From Thermoplasmata archaeon (GTDB lineage Archaea; Thermoplasmatota; Thermoplasmata; Sysuiplasmatales; Sysuiplasmataceae), in NCBI GenBank assembly GCA_021806165.1, contig JAJZXY010000001.1:12836-76835 (forward strand): a stretch of 64,000 bases of DNA, read 5' to 3'. This document shows, piece after piece, positions 38,762 through 47,524 of the stretch. How positions within the stretch are numbered: position 1 is the stretch's first letter; each line of letters begins with the position of its first letter. The position numbers were made by a program, and so were the translations under genes. The notes beneath the pieces were generated by a model. That model had not been told where the DNA came from and did no database searches. It worked only from the letters and a program-made list of their open reading frames with translations.

Positions 38762-40003
38762 CTACTTTCCAAAGGCAGCCCGCTCTTCGAGGAGTCGCTT
38801 TATCTCATCCTCCCCGAAACCTAGCTCCGCGAGCACCTGGGTTGTATGCTCTCCTAGCACCGGCGGAGGGAGCCTGAGCGTTCCAGGAGTTCCGCTCATG
38901 GCAAAAGGAGTCCCGATGCTCCTGAATGCGCCGTAAGCTGGATGGACCATCTCCGCAATCATTCCCCTTGCCTTCACCTGCGGATCCTTCTCGACGTCGC
39001 TCATGCCGATTATGGGTGCGGCGGGTATGCCTGCGCCCTCTAGCCTCCTCAGCGCCTCCGATGTGCTCATCGATGCGAAGCGCGGCTCAAGCCTTGAATT
39101 CAGGTGCTTCCTGTTCTTCACCCTCTGCGGGTTCTTCTCAAGCAGCGGATCGGCTGTCAGCTCAGGCATATCCATTGCGCTGCAGAAGTCACCCCACAGC
39201 TTCTCGCTTCCCACTGCCACAGCTATGTACCCGTCGGATGTGGCATAGACCTGGTAGGGGGCAATGCTCGCATGGGCTGATCCGAGCCTCTCGGGATTCT
39301 TTCCAGTCGCGAAATAACCCGTGGCCTGGTGGGTGAGCGTGAGCATGTTCGCATCGAGCATCGAAAGGTCGATGTACTGTCCCCTGCCGGTCACACCCCT
39401 GCTGAACAGGGCTGAGAGCACCGCTATGGCCGCGAAGAGGCCCGCTGTAATGTCTGTGATGGGCACTCCGAACTTGACCGGTGGCCTGCCCTCCTCCCCC
39501 GTCAGCGACATCAGTCCGCTGGTTGCAAGCACGGTGAGATCGAAGCCAGGCTTTGAACTGTAGGGGCCCGTCTGGCCAAAGCCTGATATGCTGCAGTAGA
39601 CCATCCTTCCGTTGCGCTCCGACAGCGTTTCATAATCCACCCCGAGCTTCCTGGCGACCCCCGGCCTGAAGTTCTCTACAACGACGTCCGCCTTCTCCGC
39701 GAGCCTTGCAAGCACTTCCGCGCACCCCTCCTTCCTCAGGTCCAGCGCCACGCTGCGCTTGTTCCTGTTTGCGCTCATGAAGTAGGTCGACATGCCTTTT
39801 ACTTCAGGAGGGGCCCAAAGCCTGGTGTCGTCGCCCTTCTCCGGCTCCACCTTTATCACATCCGCTCCAAGATCCCCGAGGAGCATTGTGCAGAACGGAC
39901 CGGACATCGCCCTGCTGAAATCCAGAACACTTATTCCTGAGAGCGCCCCATCCTTCGGTTCATTCGCCGGCGGCATGTGTGCGGTCATCTTATGCACCTT
40001 CAT
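38762..40003 (-). CDS. CoA-transferase family III (CaiB/BaiF) protein
   Basis: LSGISVLDFSRAMSGPFCTMLLGDLGADVIKVE...GDDTR is the canonical family III N-terminus. Confidence 0.85.
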   Translation of the reverse strand: MKVHKMTAHMPPANEPKDGALSGISVLDFSRAMSGPFCTMLLGDLGADVIKVEPEKGDDTRLWAPPEVKGMSTYFMSANRNKRSVALDLRKEGCAEVLARLAEKADVVVENFRPGVARKLGVDYETLSERNGRMVYCSISGFGQTGPYSSKPGFDLTVLATSGLMSLTGEEGRPPVKFGVPITDITAGLFAAIAVLSALFSRGVTGRGQYIDLSMLDANMLTLTHQATGYFATGKNPERLGSAHASIAPYQVYATSDGYIAVAVGSEKLWGDFCSAMDMPELTADPLLEKNPQRVKNRKHLNSRLEPRFASMSTSEALRRLEGAGIPAAPIIGMSDVEKDPQVKARGMIAEMVHPAYGAFRSIGTPFAMSGTPGTLRLPPPVLGEHTTQVLAELGFGEDEIKRLLEERAAFGK

Positions 40004-40024
40004 AACTGTTTTCGCTTCACCGCG

Positions 40025-40420
40025 TCAATCCCCCGATTCGAACTTGTCAGGGAGGAGAGATTCAACCTTCACCCTGACAGGCCTGCCATCCCTTTCTATT
40101 ATGACAGATGCACCGGGCCCGTAGTCGCTCAGGAGCTCCCTGCACATACCGCATGGCGAAACCACATGCACATCCTGGGGTGCTCCATCCTCCCCCGGCG
40201 AAATCACGGCCACGATTGTGTCTACCATGTCCCTGCTCCTGCTCCCCATCTCCCCTATGGCCACCGCCTCGGCGCAGAGCGCTATCCTTGCCACGTTTGC
40301 CTCGACATGCACTGCAGTTTACACAACCCCGCCGTTGCTCAGGAGGGCCACACCCAACTGGTGTCTGTCCTTGAGGTACATACTGCCTATGACCGCGCGT
40401 ACCTCAGAAACAGGTCTCAT
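40025..40420 (-). pseudogene. cdd: cytidine deaminase gene interrupted by a single in-frame TAA
   Basis: The minus-strand translation is MRPVSEVRAVIGSMYLKDRHQLGVALLSNGGVV*TAVHVEANVARIALCAEAVAIG...VSPCGMCRELL...ESLLPDKF. It is a collinear Cdd with the CAE and PCGxCRE zinc motifs. The TAA (about 40319-40321) sits where Cdd has a conserved aromatic (Tyr/Phe) residue. The downstream 95-aa ORF starts at GTG. Confidence 0.6.
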
Positions 40421-40529
40421 GTCGCCTTTGCCAAGTTCTGCCCGCATAACATCCGCTGGCAGGTAGGCAACTGCAGGTGTTAAACTATGCCGAAGTGAAA
40501 TGCGGGTAAGAGCCGACTGTGCAGGCTTC

Positions 40530-40545
40530 GCATACGTTTATTAGG
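40530..40545 (+). promoter_or_regulatory. candidate TATA box upstream of kdpF
   Basis: acgtTTATTAgg lies about 37 bp upstream of the kdpF ATG and resembles the element upstream of the tRNA-Leu gene (gTTTATTAtg). Confidence 0.3.
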
Positions 40546-40578
40546 GGGCTCCGACTCATTCGGCGCGCGAGGATAGAG

Positions 40579-40671
40579 ATGCTGCCCGCCGGTTACATCG
40601 TGGTGGCTGTCTTCGTAGCAGCCATGCTCGGTTACCTCACTTACGCCTTACTGCGCATAGAGCAGTTCTAG
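40579..40671 (+). CDS. kdpF: potassium-transporting ATPase subunit F (KdpF), 30 aa
   Basis: This ORF is absent from the track. MLPAGYIVVAVFVAAMLGYLTYALLRIEQF is a single TM helix with the KdpF-like GYL.YAL...E.F ending. It lies immediately upstream of kdpA. Confidence 0.6.
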   Translation: MLPAGYIVVAVFVAAMLGYLTYALLRIEQF

Positions 40672-40686
40672 GGAGCAACGCAAGCG

Positions 40687-42375
40687 ATGGAGTTCATCGA
40701 ATTCGCTCAAATGGCATTCCTGGTCGTTGTAATACTTGTGGTGTCCTATTATCTTGGCATATACATGGGACGCATCTACCTTGGGAAGAGATCGTTCCTG
40801 GACAGGTATTTCGGCCCTCTCGAAAACGGCCTCTACAGGCTCATGGGCATAAACCCGAGGCACGAGATGGACTGGAAGGAATATCTGAAGGCGTTCCTCC
40901 TGACAAATGCGGCGCTTGGCATCATCGCCTTTCTTGTTCTCTTTTTCCAGCAGTCCCTTCCACTCAATCCGGACCACGTGGGCTCCCTACCCCCTCTACT
41001 GGATTTTGCCACAGCCGCGTCCTTTCTGACAAACACTAACCTGCAGCACTACACGGGCGAGCTGCAGCTCAGCTACTTCTCACAGATGGGTGCCATCACA
41101 TTCCTCATGTTCACATCCGCAGCCGCGGGCATAGTTGTTGCAGTGGCCATGATAAGGGGGATAGTGAACCAGAACGGCACGCTCGGGAACTTCTACAGGG
41201 ATTTCACAATAACCATCACAAGGGTGCTGCTACCGATAAGCATCGTCGAGGCGCTGATATTCGTCTACCTTGGAATACCGCAGACATATCAGGGGGCAGT
41301 TGTCGCGCACACCATCAACATGGGGGCGCAGACCATATTCAGGGGACCCGTGGCCAGCCTTGAGGCGATAAAATTCCTGGGAACCAACGGCGGTGGCTTC
41401 TACGGTGCCGATTCCGCCTACCCGTTTGAGAACCCGACCGCCCTCAGTGCCTACCTCCAGCTCATAACGGAGGCATCCATCCCCTTCGGGCTAATCTTCT
41501 CCTACGGCCACATGGTGAGGAATCCAAGGCAGGCGCGAATGCTCGTCACCGTCACGATGGGCCTCTTCCTCGTCGGGCTCGCAATTGCCCTCTTTGCCGA
41601 ATCAGGCCCCAACGCCCTGCTGCACGGCCTGCCTATAAACCAGGTGGCAGGAAACTGGGCAGGGAAGGAGAGCCGCTTTTCGGTGGCAGAGTCCACATTC
41701 AGCCTGATACTCAACACCTACACCCAGACAGGGGCGCCGATGGTGGCTCTGAACCAGATGAGCCCTCTTTCGGTTGCCAGCGCCATGTTTGGAATGGAGG
41801 TCCAGGGCTCTCCCGGGGGCGCCGGCACAGGGCTGATGAACCTTCTTGTCTACGTCGTACTTGCAGTCTTCATCTCGGGTCTCATGGTCGGCAGGACCCC
41901 CGAGTTCCTGGGCAAGAAGATATCGACCGGTGTAATGAAGTATTCAGTTATTTTCATAATGATACATCCAATAATAATATTGGCTCCCGTCGCCATCTCC
42001 GTCATGTCCGGTTTTGCATCCCTCTCCTCGCTGCCGCCCAACGAGGCTTTCACGGCCCTCCTCTATGAGTTCACAAGTGCGGCTGCCAACAACGGCTCAT
42101 CCTTCGGCTACCTGCTCACGCAGCAGAACACAAGCTTCTTTCTTGCCATGGAGTCCATCGTGATGCTGACAGGCAGATTCGCGCCAATAACCCTTGCACT
42201 TGCAATCGCGGGCGTCATGTCTTCGACAAAGCCGCTCACCCAGACGAAGTCACTTGCGGTCATGGATGACCCCATATTCGCCGTCTTCCTCTTCCTGTTC
42301 ATAATAGTGCTGAGCGCCCTTCTCTTCCTTCCCGTTCTTGCGCTGGGGCCGCTTGCCGGCTACCTGGGGGGATAG
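40687..42375 (+). CDS. kdpA: potassium-transporting ATPase subunit A (KdpA)
   Basis: The full-length KdpA pattern is present (N-terminal MEFIEFAQMAFLVVVILVVSYYLG, selectivity-filter-like TNGGGF and NNGS segments). Confidence 0.95.
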   Translation: MEFIEFAQMAFLVVVILVVSYYLGIYMGRIYLGKRSFLDRYFGPLENGLYRLMGINPRHEMDWKEYLKAFLLTNAALGIIAFLVLFFQQSLPLNPDHVGSLPPLLDFATAASFLTNTNLQHYTGELQLSYFSQMGAITFLMFTSAAAGIVVAVAMIRGIVNQNGTLGNFYRDFTITITRVLLPISIVEALIFVYLGIPQTYQGAVVAHTINMGAQTIFRGPVASLEAIKFLGTNGGGFYGADSAYPFENPTALSAYLQLITEASIPFGLIFSYGHMVRNPRQARMLVTVTMGLFLVGLAIALFAESGPNALLHGLPINQVAGNWAGKESRFSVAESTFSLILNTYTQTGAPMVALNQMSPLSVASAMFGMEVQGSPGGAGTGLMNLLVYVVLAVFISGLMVGRTPEFLGKKISTGVMKYSVIFIMIHPIIILAPVAISVMSGFASLSSLPPNEAFTALLYEFTSAAANNGSSFGYLLTQQNTSFFLAMESIVMLTGRFAPITLALAIAGVMSSTKPLTQTKSLAVMDDPIFAVFLFLFIIVLSALLFLPVLALGPLAGYLGG

Positions 42376-42376
42376 G

Positions 42377-44407
42377 ATGCTCAGCGAGGCAAAGAAGCAG
42401 GCAAGGAGGTACAGGCGCATCGCGGTCATAGGGTCGTTCACAGGATTCCTGCCCACCAGGGCTGCGCGCAATCCGGTGATGTTCGTAGTATACCTGAGCA
42501 CCGTGCTCATGGGACTTGTCACACTTCTTCCATGGCTCTTCGGGGGCATGCTTGGAGGCTACAACTTCGACTTCTACCTTGAAATAACAGTCATCCTCCT
42601 CCTTACACTGTGGTTCGCCAATTTCTCAGAGGCGCTTGCTGACGCCCAGGGAAAGGCCAACGCCGAATCGCTCAAGGGCCTCCGTTCGGAGACTGAGGCA
42701 AGGAGGATTGATTCGGAAGGGGCTGCGCGCACCGTCATGAGCAGCGAGCTGCGGAAGGGTGACCTCATCCTGCTGAAGGAGGGGGACACAGTCCCCATCG
42801 ACAGCCAGGTCGTCGAGGGGGCGGTCGTCGTAAACGAATCCATGATGACAGGCGAATCTGAACCGCAGGTGAAGGAGACGGGCGGGGACAAGGACTCTGT
42901 ACTCGGCGGGACAATCATACTCTCGGGCGAGGCGAAGGCCCGCGTCAGCAATGATCCAGGCGCCACCTTCCTTGACCAGATGATCAACCTGGTGGAAGGC
43001 GCCAACAGGCAGAAGACGCAGAATGAAATCGCTCTCACACAGCTTCTGATCACACTGAGCATCGTGCTTATAGTGGTGATCACGACGCTCATTCCAATAT
43101 CCGGTTTCTTCAGGTTTGCAGTTGACATAGGTGCGCTCGTCGCCCTGCTCATATGCCTCCTGCCGACTACCATAGGTGCACTCCTCCCCTCGATCAGGAT
43201 TGCAGGTGTAAACCGCGTTGTCAGATACAATGTCATTGCAAAGAGCGGGAAGGCGGTGGAGACCGCCGGTGACCTCGATGTCCTACTGCTTGACAAGACC
43301 GGGACAATAACGATGGGCAACAGGGTTGCCACCAGGATCATTCCTGCCAGGGGCAAGGATGAGAAGGAGGTGCTCCTGACTGCATACATCTCCTCAGCAC
43401 TCGATACCACACCAGAGGGTGTGTCGACAATGCGGCTGGCATATGCCAGGGGCGCCAGGCTCGACAAGCAGGTCATTTCCGAGCTTAAGCCTGTGAAGTT
43501 CACTGCAGAAACCAGGATGAGCGGCTCGGACATGCCCGACGGGACGAGTGTGAGGAAGGGCTCCGTCGAGGCGATGGAGCGCGCAGGCACATCAGTGCCT
43601 GAGGACATAAGGCGAAAGGTTCATGACGCCTCAATGGAAGGCTCAACCCCTCTCCTCCTGACAAAGAACGGGGAGATAGAGGGGCTGATAGTCCTGCAGG
43701 ATATAGTGAAACCGGGTATTGATGCGAGGATCGCCGAGCTGAAGAACATGGGCATCAGGACCATCATGGTCACGGGTGACAATTTCCTGACCGCGCAGAG
43801 CATTGCCAAGAAGGTGGGGGTCGACGAATTCAGGGCGGAGGCGACCCCGAAGGACAAGATGGAGATAATAGCAAGGGAGCAGTCGAAGAACCACCTGATA
43901 GCCATGACCGGTGACGGCTCGAATGACGCTCCCGCCCTTGCACAGGCGGATGTGGGTCTTGCAATGAACTCGGGAACGGCTGTCGCCAAGGATGCTGCAA
44001 ACATGGTGGACCTCGACTCCGATCCCACCAAGCTCATCGAAGTCGTTGCACTCGGCAAGCAGCTCCTGATCACACGCGGCGCGCTGACCACCTTCAGCAT
44101 CACGAACGACGTAGCGAAGTATTTTGCAATCATACCGGCAATGTTCTCCTCCCTCCTCCCGTCCCTCGACGTCCTCAATATACTGCAGATTTACCCTGCG
44201 CCGCTTGCAGTCCTCTCGACTCTGGTGTTCAATGCAATAATCATACCGCTGCTCATTCCGGTTGCAATGAGGGGAGTGCGCTTCCAGGCAACCGATGCAC
44301 CCACGCTGCTGAGGAGGAACATGCTCCTCTACGGCCTGGGCGGCCTCCTCTCCGCGTTCATAGGTATAAAGCTCATAGCAATGTTTCTGGGGTTGTTCTA
44401 TGTCTGA
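42377..44407 (+). CDS. kdpB: potassium-transporting ATPase subunit B (KdpB, P-type ATPase)
   Basis: P-type motifs DKTGTIT, MTGDGSNDAPALAQADVGLAM and TGES are present. The start is set at the ATG 1 nt after the kdpA stop; the track ORF starts earlier inside kdpA. Confidence 0.95.
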   Translation: MLSEAKKQARRYRRIAVIGSFTGFLPTRAARNPVMFVVYLSTVLMGLVTLLPWLFGGMLGGYNFDFYLEITVILLLTLWFANFSEALADAQGKANAESLKGLRSETEARRIDSEGAARTVMSSELRKGDLILLKEGDTVPIDSQVVEGAVVVNESMMTGESEPQVKETGGDKDSVLGGTIILSGEAKARVSNDPGATFLDQMINLVEGANRQKTQNEIALTQLLITLSIVLIVVITTLIPISGFFRFAVDIGALVALLICLLPTTIGALLPSIRIAGVNRVVRYNVIAKSGKAVETAGDLDVLLLDKTGTITMGNRVATRIIPARGKDEKEVLLTAYISSALDTTPEGVSTMRLAYARGARLDKQVISELKPVKFTAETRMSGSDMPDGTSVRKGSVEAMERAGTSVPEDIRRKVHDASMEGSTPLLLTKNGEIEGLIVLQDIVKPGIDARIAELKNMGIRTIMVTGDNFLTAQSIAKKVGVDEFRAEATPKDKMEIIAREQSKNHLIAMTGDGSNDAPALAQADVGLAMNSGTAVAKDAANMVDLDSDPTKLIEVVALGKQLLITRGALTTFSITNDVAKYFAIIPAMFSSLLPSLDVLNILQIYPAPLAVLSTLVFNAIIIPLLIPVAMRGVRFQATDAPTLLRRNMLLYGLGGLLSAFIGIKLIAMFLGLFYV

Positions 44408-45011
44408 CAGGGAGGAACGTGTGCCGCACCTGCGCGCAGTCGCTGTAATGTCAATTGTGTTTTTCGCGCTGCTCGGTTTCGCCTACCCGGGCTTCGTGGC
44501 CGTTGTCTCGCACGGCATAGGACTTGGATACCAGGCCAACGGAAGCCTGATCAGCCAGAACGGGACGGTCATAGCGTCAAAGTTCATAGGTGAGAACTTT
44601 TCAGCCCCCTACTACTTCTGGCCGCGCGTCTCATCGGTGAACTACAACAGCAGCAACGGATCCGGCGGGGAGGCTATTGGCATAATGACGCAGCAGTTCT
44701 ACAATGAGACAAGGAACTACACGCTCTACCTCCTCAGCACCGGTCATGTTCCCAACGGCACATACGTGCCGGGGAATGGCGTCGAACCCTCAGGATCAGG
44801 TTTTGACCCCGACATCTCACTTGGCTTTGCCAGGTTCCAGCTTCCGCGTGTCGCCTACTACTCCCACCTCAACCTCACACTGCTCGAGAAGCTGGTGGAG
44901 AAGTACACAACATACCCTTACCTGGGCTTCATAGGAAGCACCTATGTTAACGTGGTTCAGCTGGACATAGCGCTCCACGGCATACTCGTGGGCAACGGGA
45001 CGATCAGCTGA
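44400..45011 (+). CDS. kdpC: potassium-transporting ATPase subunit C (KdpC)
   Basis: It has an N-terminal TM followed by the KdpC core (ANGSLISQNGTVIASKFIGENF...YFWPRVS). It overlaps the kdpB end by 8 nt and contains several N-x-S/T sequons. Confidence 0.85.
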   Translation: MSDREERVPHLRAVAVMSIVFFALLGFAYPGFVAVVSHGIGLGYQANGSLISQNGTVIASKFIGENFSAPYYFWPRVSSVNYNSSNGSGGEAIGIMTQQFYNETRNYTLYLLSTGHVPNGTYVPGNGVEPSGSGFDPDISLGFARFQLPRVAYYSHLNLTLLEKLVEKYTTYPYLGFIGSTYVNVVQLDIALHGILVGNGTIS

Positions 45012-45072
45012 CAGGGGGTGGCATTTGCCGCGTTAAGTTGAATAATCATGAAACTGTAATGTTACCTGTTCT

Positions 45073-45930
45073 ATGAAGGAAACTGCAGAGCAGTCACAGG
45101 TTCGCGATCCGCCCGACAGGCATGACGGAAGGCTGAAGTTCCAGAAGATACTGGTTCCGACAGACTCCAGGGAGACGGCCGAGCTCACCATTCCGCTCGC
45201 CAAGCGGCTCCTCTATGCCGGGGGGGAGATAGTGACTCTCAACATAATCGACACCACTTTCCCGCTTGAGGTCATCGACAAGTGGAAGAAGAGCACAAGG
45301 ATATCGATAGCAGCGGTGGAGGCGGGCTACAGGCACGAGGTGACTGTGACACCCGAGGTGAAGAATGCACGCTCAATCGTCAACTGCATTCTGGAGGAGA
45401 TATCCATCCGGGACATAGGGCTTCTCATGTTTGTAATCAATCCACACGAGGGAAAGAGGAGCTTCAGGTTCGGGAGCAAGACAAGGAGCCTTGCGCGCAG
45501 CGCAACCTGCAGCGTCCTGATGCTCAACAAGCTGACGCTCGGCATGCATCGCAGGCCGGGGGGAAAGATGCTCGTTGCGATAAAGGGCGACGACGAGGGG
45601 AGGGAGGTTCTCAGCCTCGCGAAGACGCTCTCGGACGAGCTCGGCGGCCTGCCGATAATACAGTACAGGATGCCGGACGGCAAGAAGGTGAGGAAGAGGG
45701 CCGAGGGCCAGCAGGGGGCTGGAGAGTACAGGACGTTTGCCAAGGTCTACTACGGGAGCAAGGTGGCAGACGCGATACTCGGCGAGCTGGCGAAGGACAG
45801 GTACTCACTGGTCCTCATATCGTCCAACATATCCAGGTCAGCCCTCCCATTCTATTCCGGCGGTGCGTTCGAGTTCCTTATGAAGAACGCTCCATGCCCC
45901 GTGATGATATACAGGAAGGTCGTCAGCTGA
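45073..45930 (+). CDS. tandem universal stress protein (two UspA domains), KdpQ-like accessory gene of the kdp operon
   Basis: It has two USP-like halves (FQKILVPTDSRETAE...; KMLVAIKGDDEGREV...ISSNISRS...) and sits directly downstream of kdpC on the same strand. Confidence 0.7.
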   Translation: MKETAEQSQVRDPPDRHDGRLKFQKILVPTDSRETAELTIPLAKRLLYAGGEIVTLNIIDTTFPLEVIDKWKKSTRISIAAVEAGYRHEVTVTPEVKNARSIVNCILEEISIRDIGLLMFVINPHEGKRSFRFGSKTRSLARSATCSVLMLNKLTLGMHRRPGGKMLVAIKGDDEGREVLSLAKTLSDELGGLPIIQYRMPDGKKVRKRAEGQQGAGEYRTFAKVYYGSKVADAILGELAKDRYSLVLISSNISRSALPFYSGGAFEFLMKNAPCPVMIYRKVVS

Positions 45931-47524
45931 AGGCCCGCGACAGCGCATCGTCGACGGAGTAGACAAGCTTCCCTCCTACAACGGTGGCGGCCACGCCGGG
46001 CGGGGTTGTCATTCCGGTCGAGGGCGTACCTGCAAGGAAGACCATGTCTGCCGCCGCACCAGGCTCGAGCATTCCAAGCACACCCTCCTCGCCGTCTGCA
46101 GCCGCGGCAGCGGAGGTGTACATTTTCAGTGCATCGTCAAGTCCCACTGCCTCTCCCCCGGTCAGGCCTGCCATCGGTGACCCGTCGTGCCCTCCCCTGT
46201 CCATGGCGGCAATTATGCCCGTCCACGGGTCAAGGGGCTCGACGGGCGCGTCGCTGGAGCCGGCCAACACAAGGCCGTCCTCAAGCATGGAGAGGAACAT
46301 GTAGCAGTCCCTGCACCTTTCACCGAGCCTTGCAGGCAGCCACCAGTCGCTGACAAGGAAATGCGGCTGCACAACAATTACAGGTCTCTGGCCCCTGAGC
46401 ATTTCCCTGACAGGACCGGGAGTCAGAGCAGCGTGCTCCAGCCTGAATCCCGTAACGCCGGGTCCCGCCGCCCTTGCGCTCCTGAGGGCCGCCATCACAC
46501 CTTCATCTCCAATCGCATGCACTGCAGCCTGCAGGCCACTCTCCGCCGCCTTCCTGATCAGCGCCTCCATTTCCTTCTCCTCCGTCAGGCGAAGGCCGCG
46601 TGTATCCATGTCGCTGTAGGATGAGGAGAGGAGAGCGGTCCGCGCACCGAATGCCCCGTCGGCAAAAAGCTTGATGCCGCATATGCGCACCATCCCGCCT
46701 TTTTCCCCGCGTTCCATCCTTCCCGCACCTGACTCGAATGCTTCCCTGGACAGGAAGAATCTCACCCTGCACCTGAGCAGTCCCTCCCTCTCAAGTGCCT
46801 TCACCGCCCTTATCTCGTCAATGTCGGCATTGACGGCCGTCAGAGTTGTGAGTCCTCGCGTCACTGCATAGTCGGCGGCCGCCTTCACCGCGCTTCCGAT
46901 CAGCGGCCGCACCAGCTTCTCCTCAAGCGGCGCAATGTGCAGCTTCACGGCGTTGTCGTAGAAGAGTCCGTCCGGATTCCCGGCATCATCCCTGCCAATC
47001 ATGCCCCCGGGCGGATCCGGCGTCCCTGCATCCACGCCGGCCATTTCCAGCACCCTGGAATTGACCACCGCCACATGAGTGCAGAACCTGTAGAGTATCA
47101 TAGGGCGGTGCGCTTCCGCCCTGTCAAGATCTGCTGCCGAAGGGTATCTGCGCTCCTTGAAGAGCTCCTGGTCCCAGCCGGACGAAACGGCGAAACCATG
47201 CTCTGCAGCCATGGCCGCACCCCTTCCTGCCATTTCCGAAATGCTGCCGCTCCCCCTCAGGTCATGTGAGATGATGCCAAGCCCGGTGGCGGAGAGGTGC
47301 ATGTGCGCATCTATCAGCCCGGGGATTACAGGCCCGCCGCTGTATTCCACCCTGCGCGGGCAGCTGAACCTCTTCTCGGCCTCACCGGCGTCTCCCGCAA
47401 AGAGTATCTTACCCCCGCCTGCAACGACAGCACCAACCTCCCTGGTGCCAGTCATAATCCTCCCTGCGACCAGCAGGTCCGCCCCGATGCCCCCTGGCTT
47501 CGATTCAGTACCTGTCATACTCAA
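45923..47524 (-). CDS. amidohydrolase family protein (metal-dependent amidohydrolase 3)
   Basis: LLVAGRIMTG...PGLIDAHMHL is the metal-binding HxH region, and the protein is a large amidohydrolase-3-type. Confidence 0.75.
   Translation of the reverse strand: MSMTGTESKPGGIGADLLVAGRIMTGTREVGAVVAGGGKILFAGDAGEAEKRFSCPRRVEYSGGPVIPGLIDAHMHLSATGLGIISHDLRGSGSISEMAGRGAAMAAEHGFAVSSGWDQELFKERRYPSAADLDRAEAHRPMILYRFCTHVAVVNSRVLEMAGVDAGTPDPPGGMIGRDDAGNPDGLFYDNAVKLHIAPLEEKLVRPLIGSAVKAAADYAVTRGLTTLTAVNADIDEIRAVKALEREGLLRCRVRFFLSREAFESGAGRMERGEKGGMVRICGIKLFADGAFGARTALLSSSYSDMDTRGLRLTEEKEMEALIRKAAESGLQAAVHAIGDEGVMAALRSARAAGPGVTGFRLEHAALTPGPVREMLRGQRPVIVVQPHFLVSDWWLPARLGERCRDCYMFLSMLEDGLVLAGSSDAPVEPLDPWTGIIAAMDRGGHDGSPMAGLTGGEAVGLDDALKMYTSAAAAADGEEGVLGMLEPGAAADMVFLAGTPSTGMTTPPGVAATVVGGKLVYSVDDALSRAFS

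Noticed and set aside
27659-40321. Possibility that the in-frame TAA codons (TspO, MFS, Cdd) are recoded sense codons (TAA to Tyr)
   Set aside because: TAA is used as the genuine terminator of conserved genes in the same window (for example the gene ending at about 1705, ...PAGE-TAA). The ABC pseudogene also carries TAG and TGA stops plus frameshifts. Pseudogenisation or consensus error is far more parsimonious.
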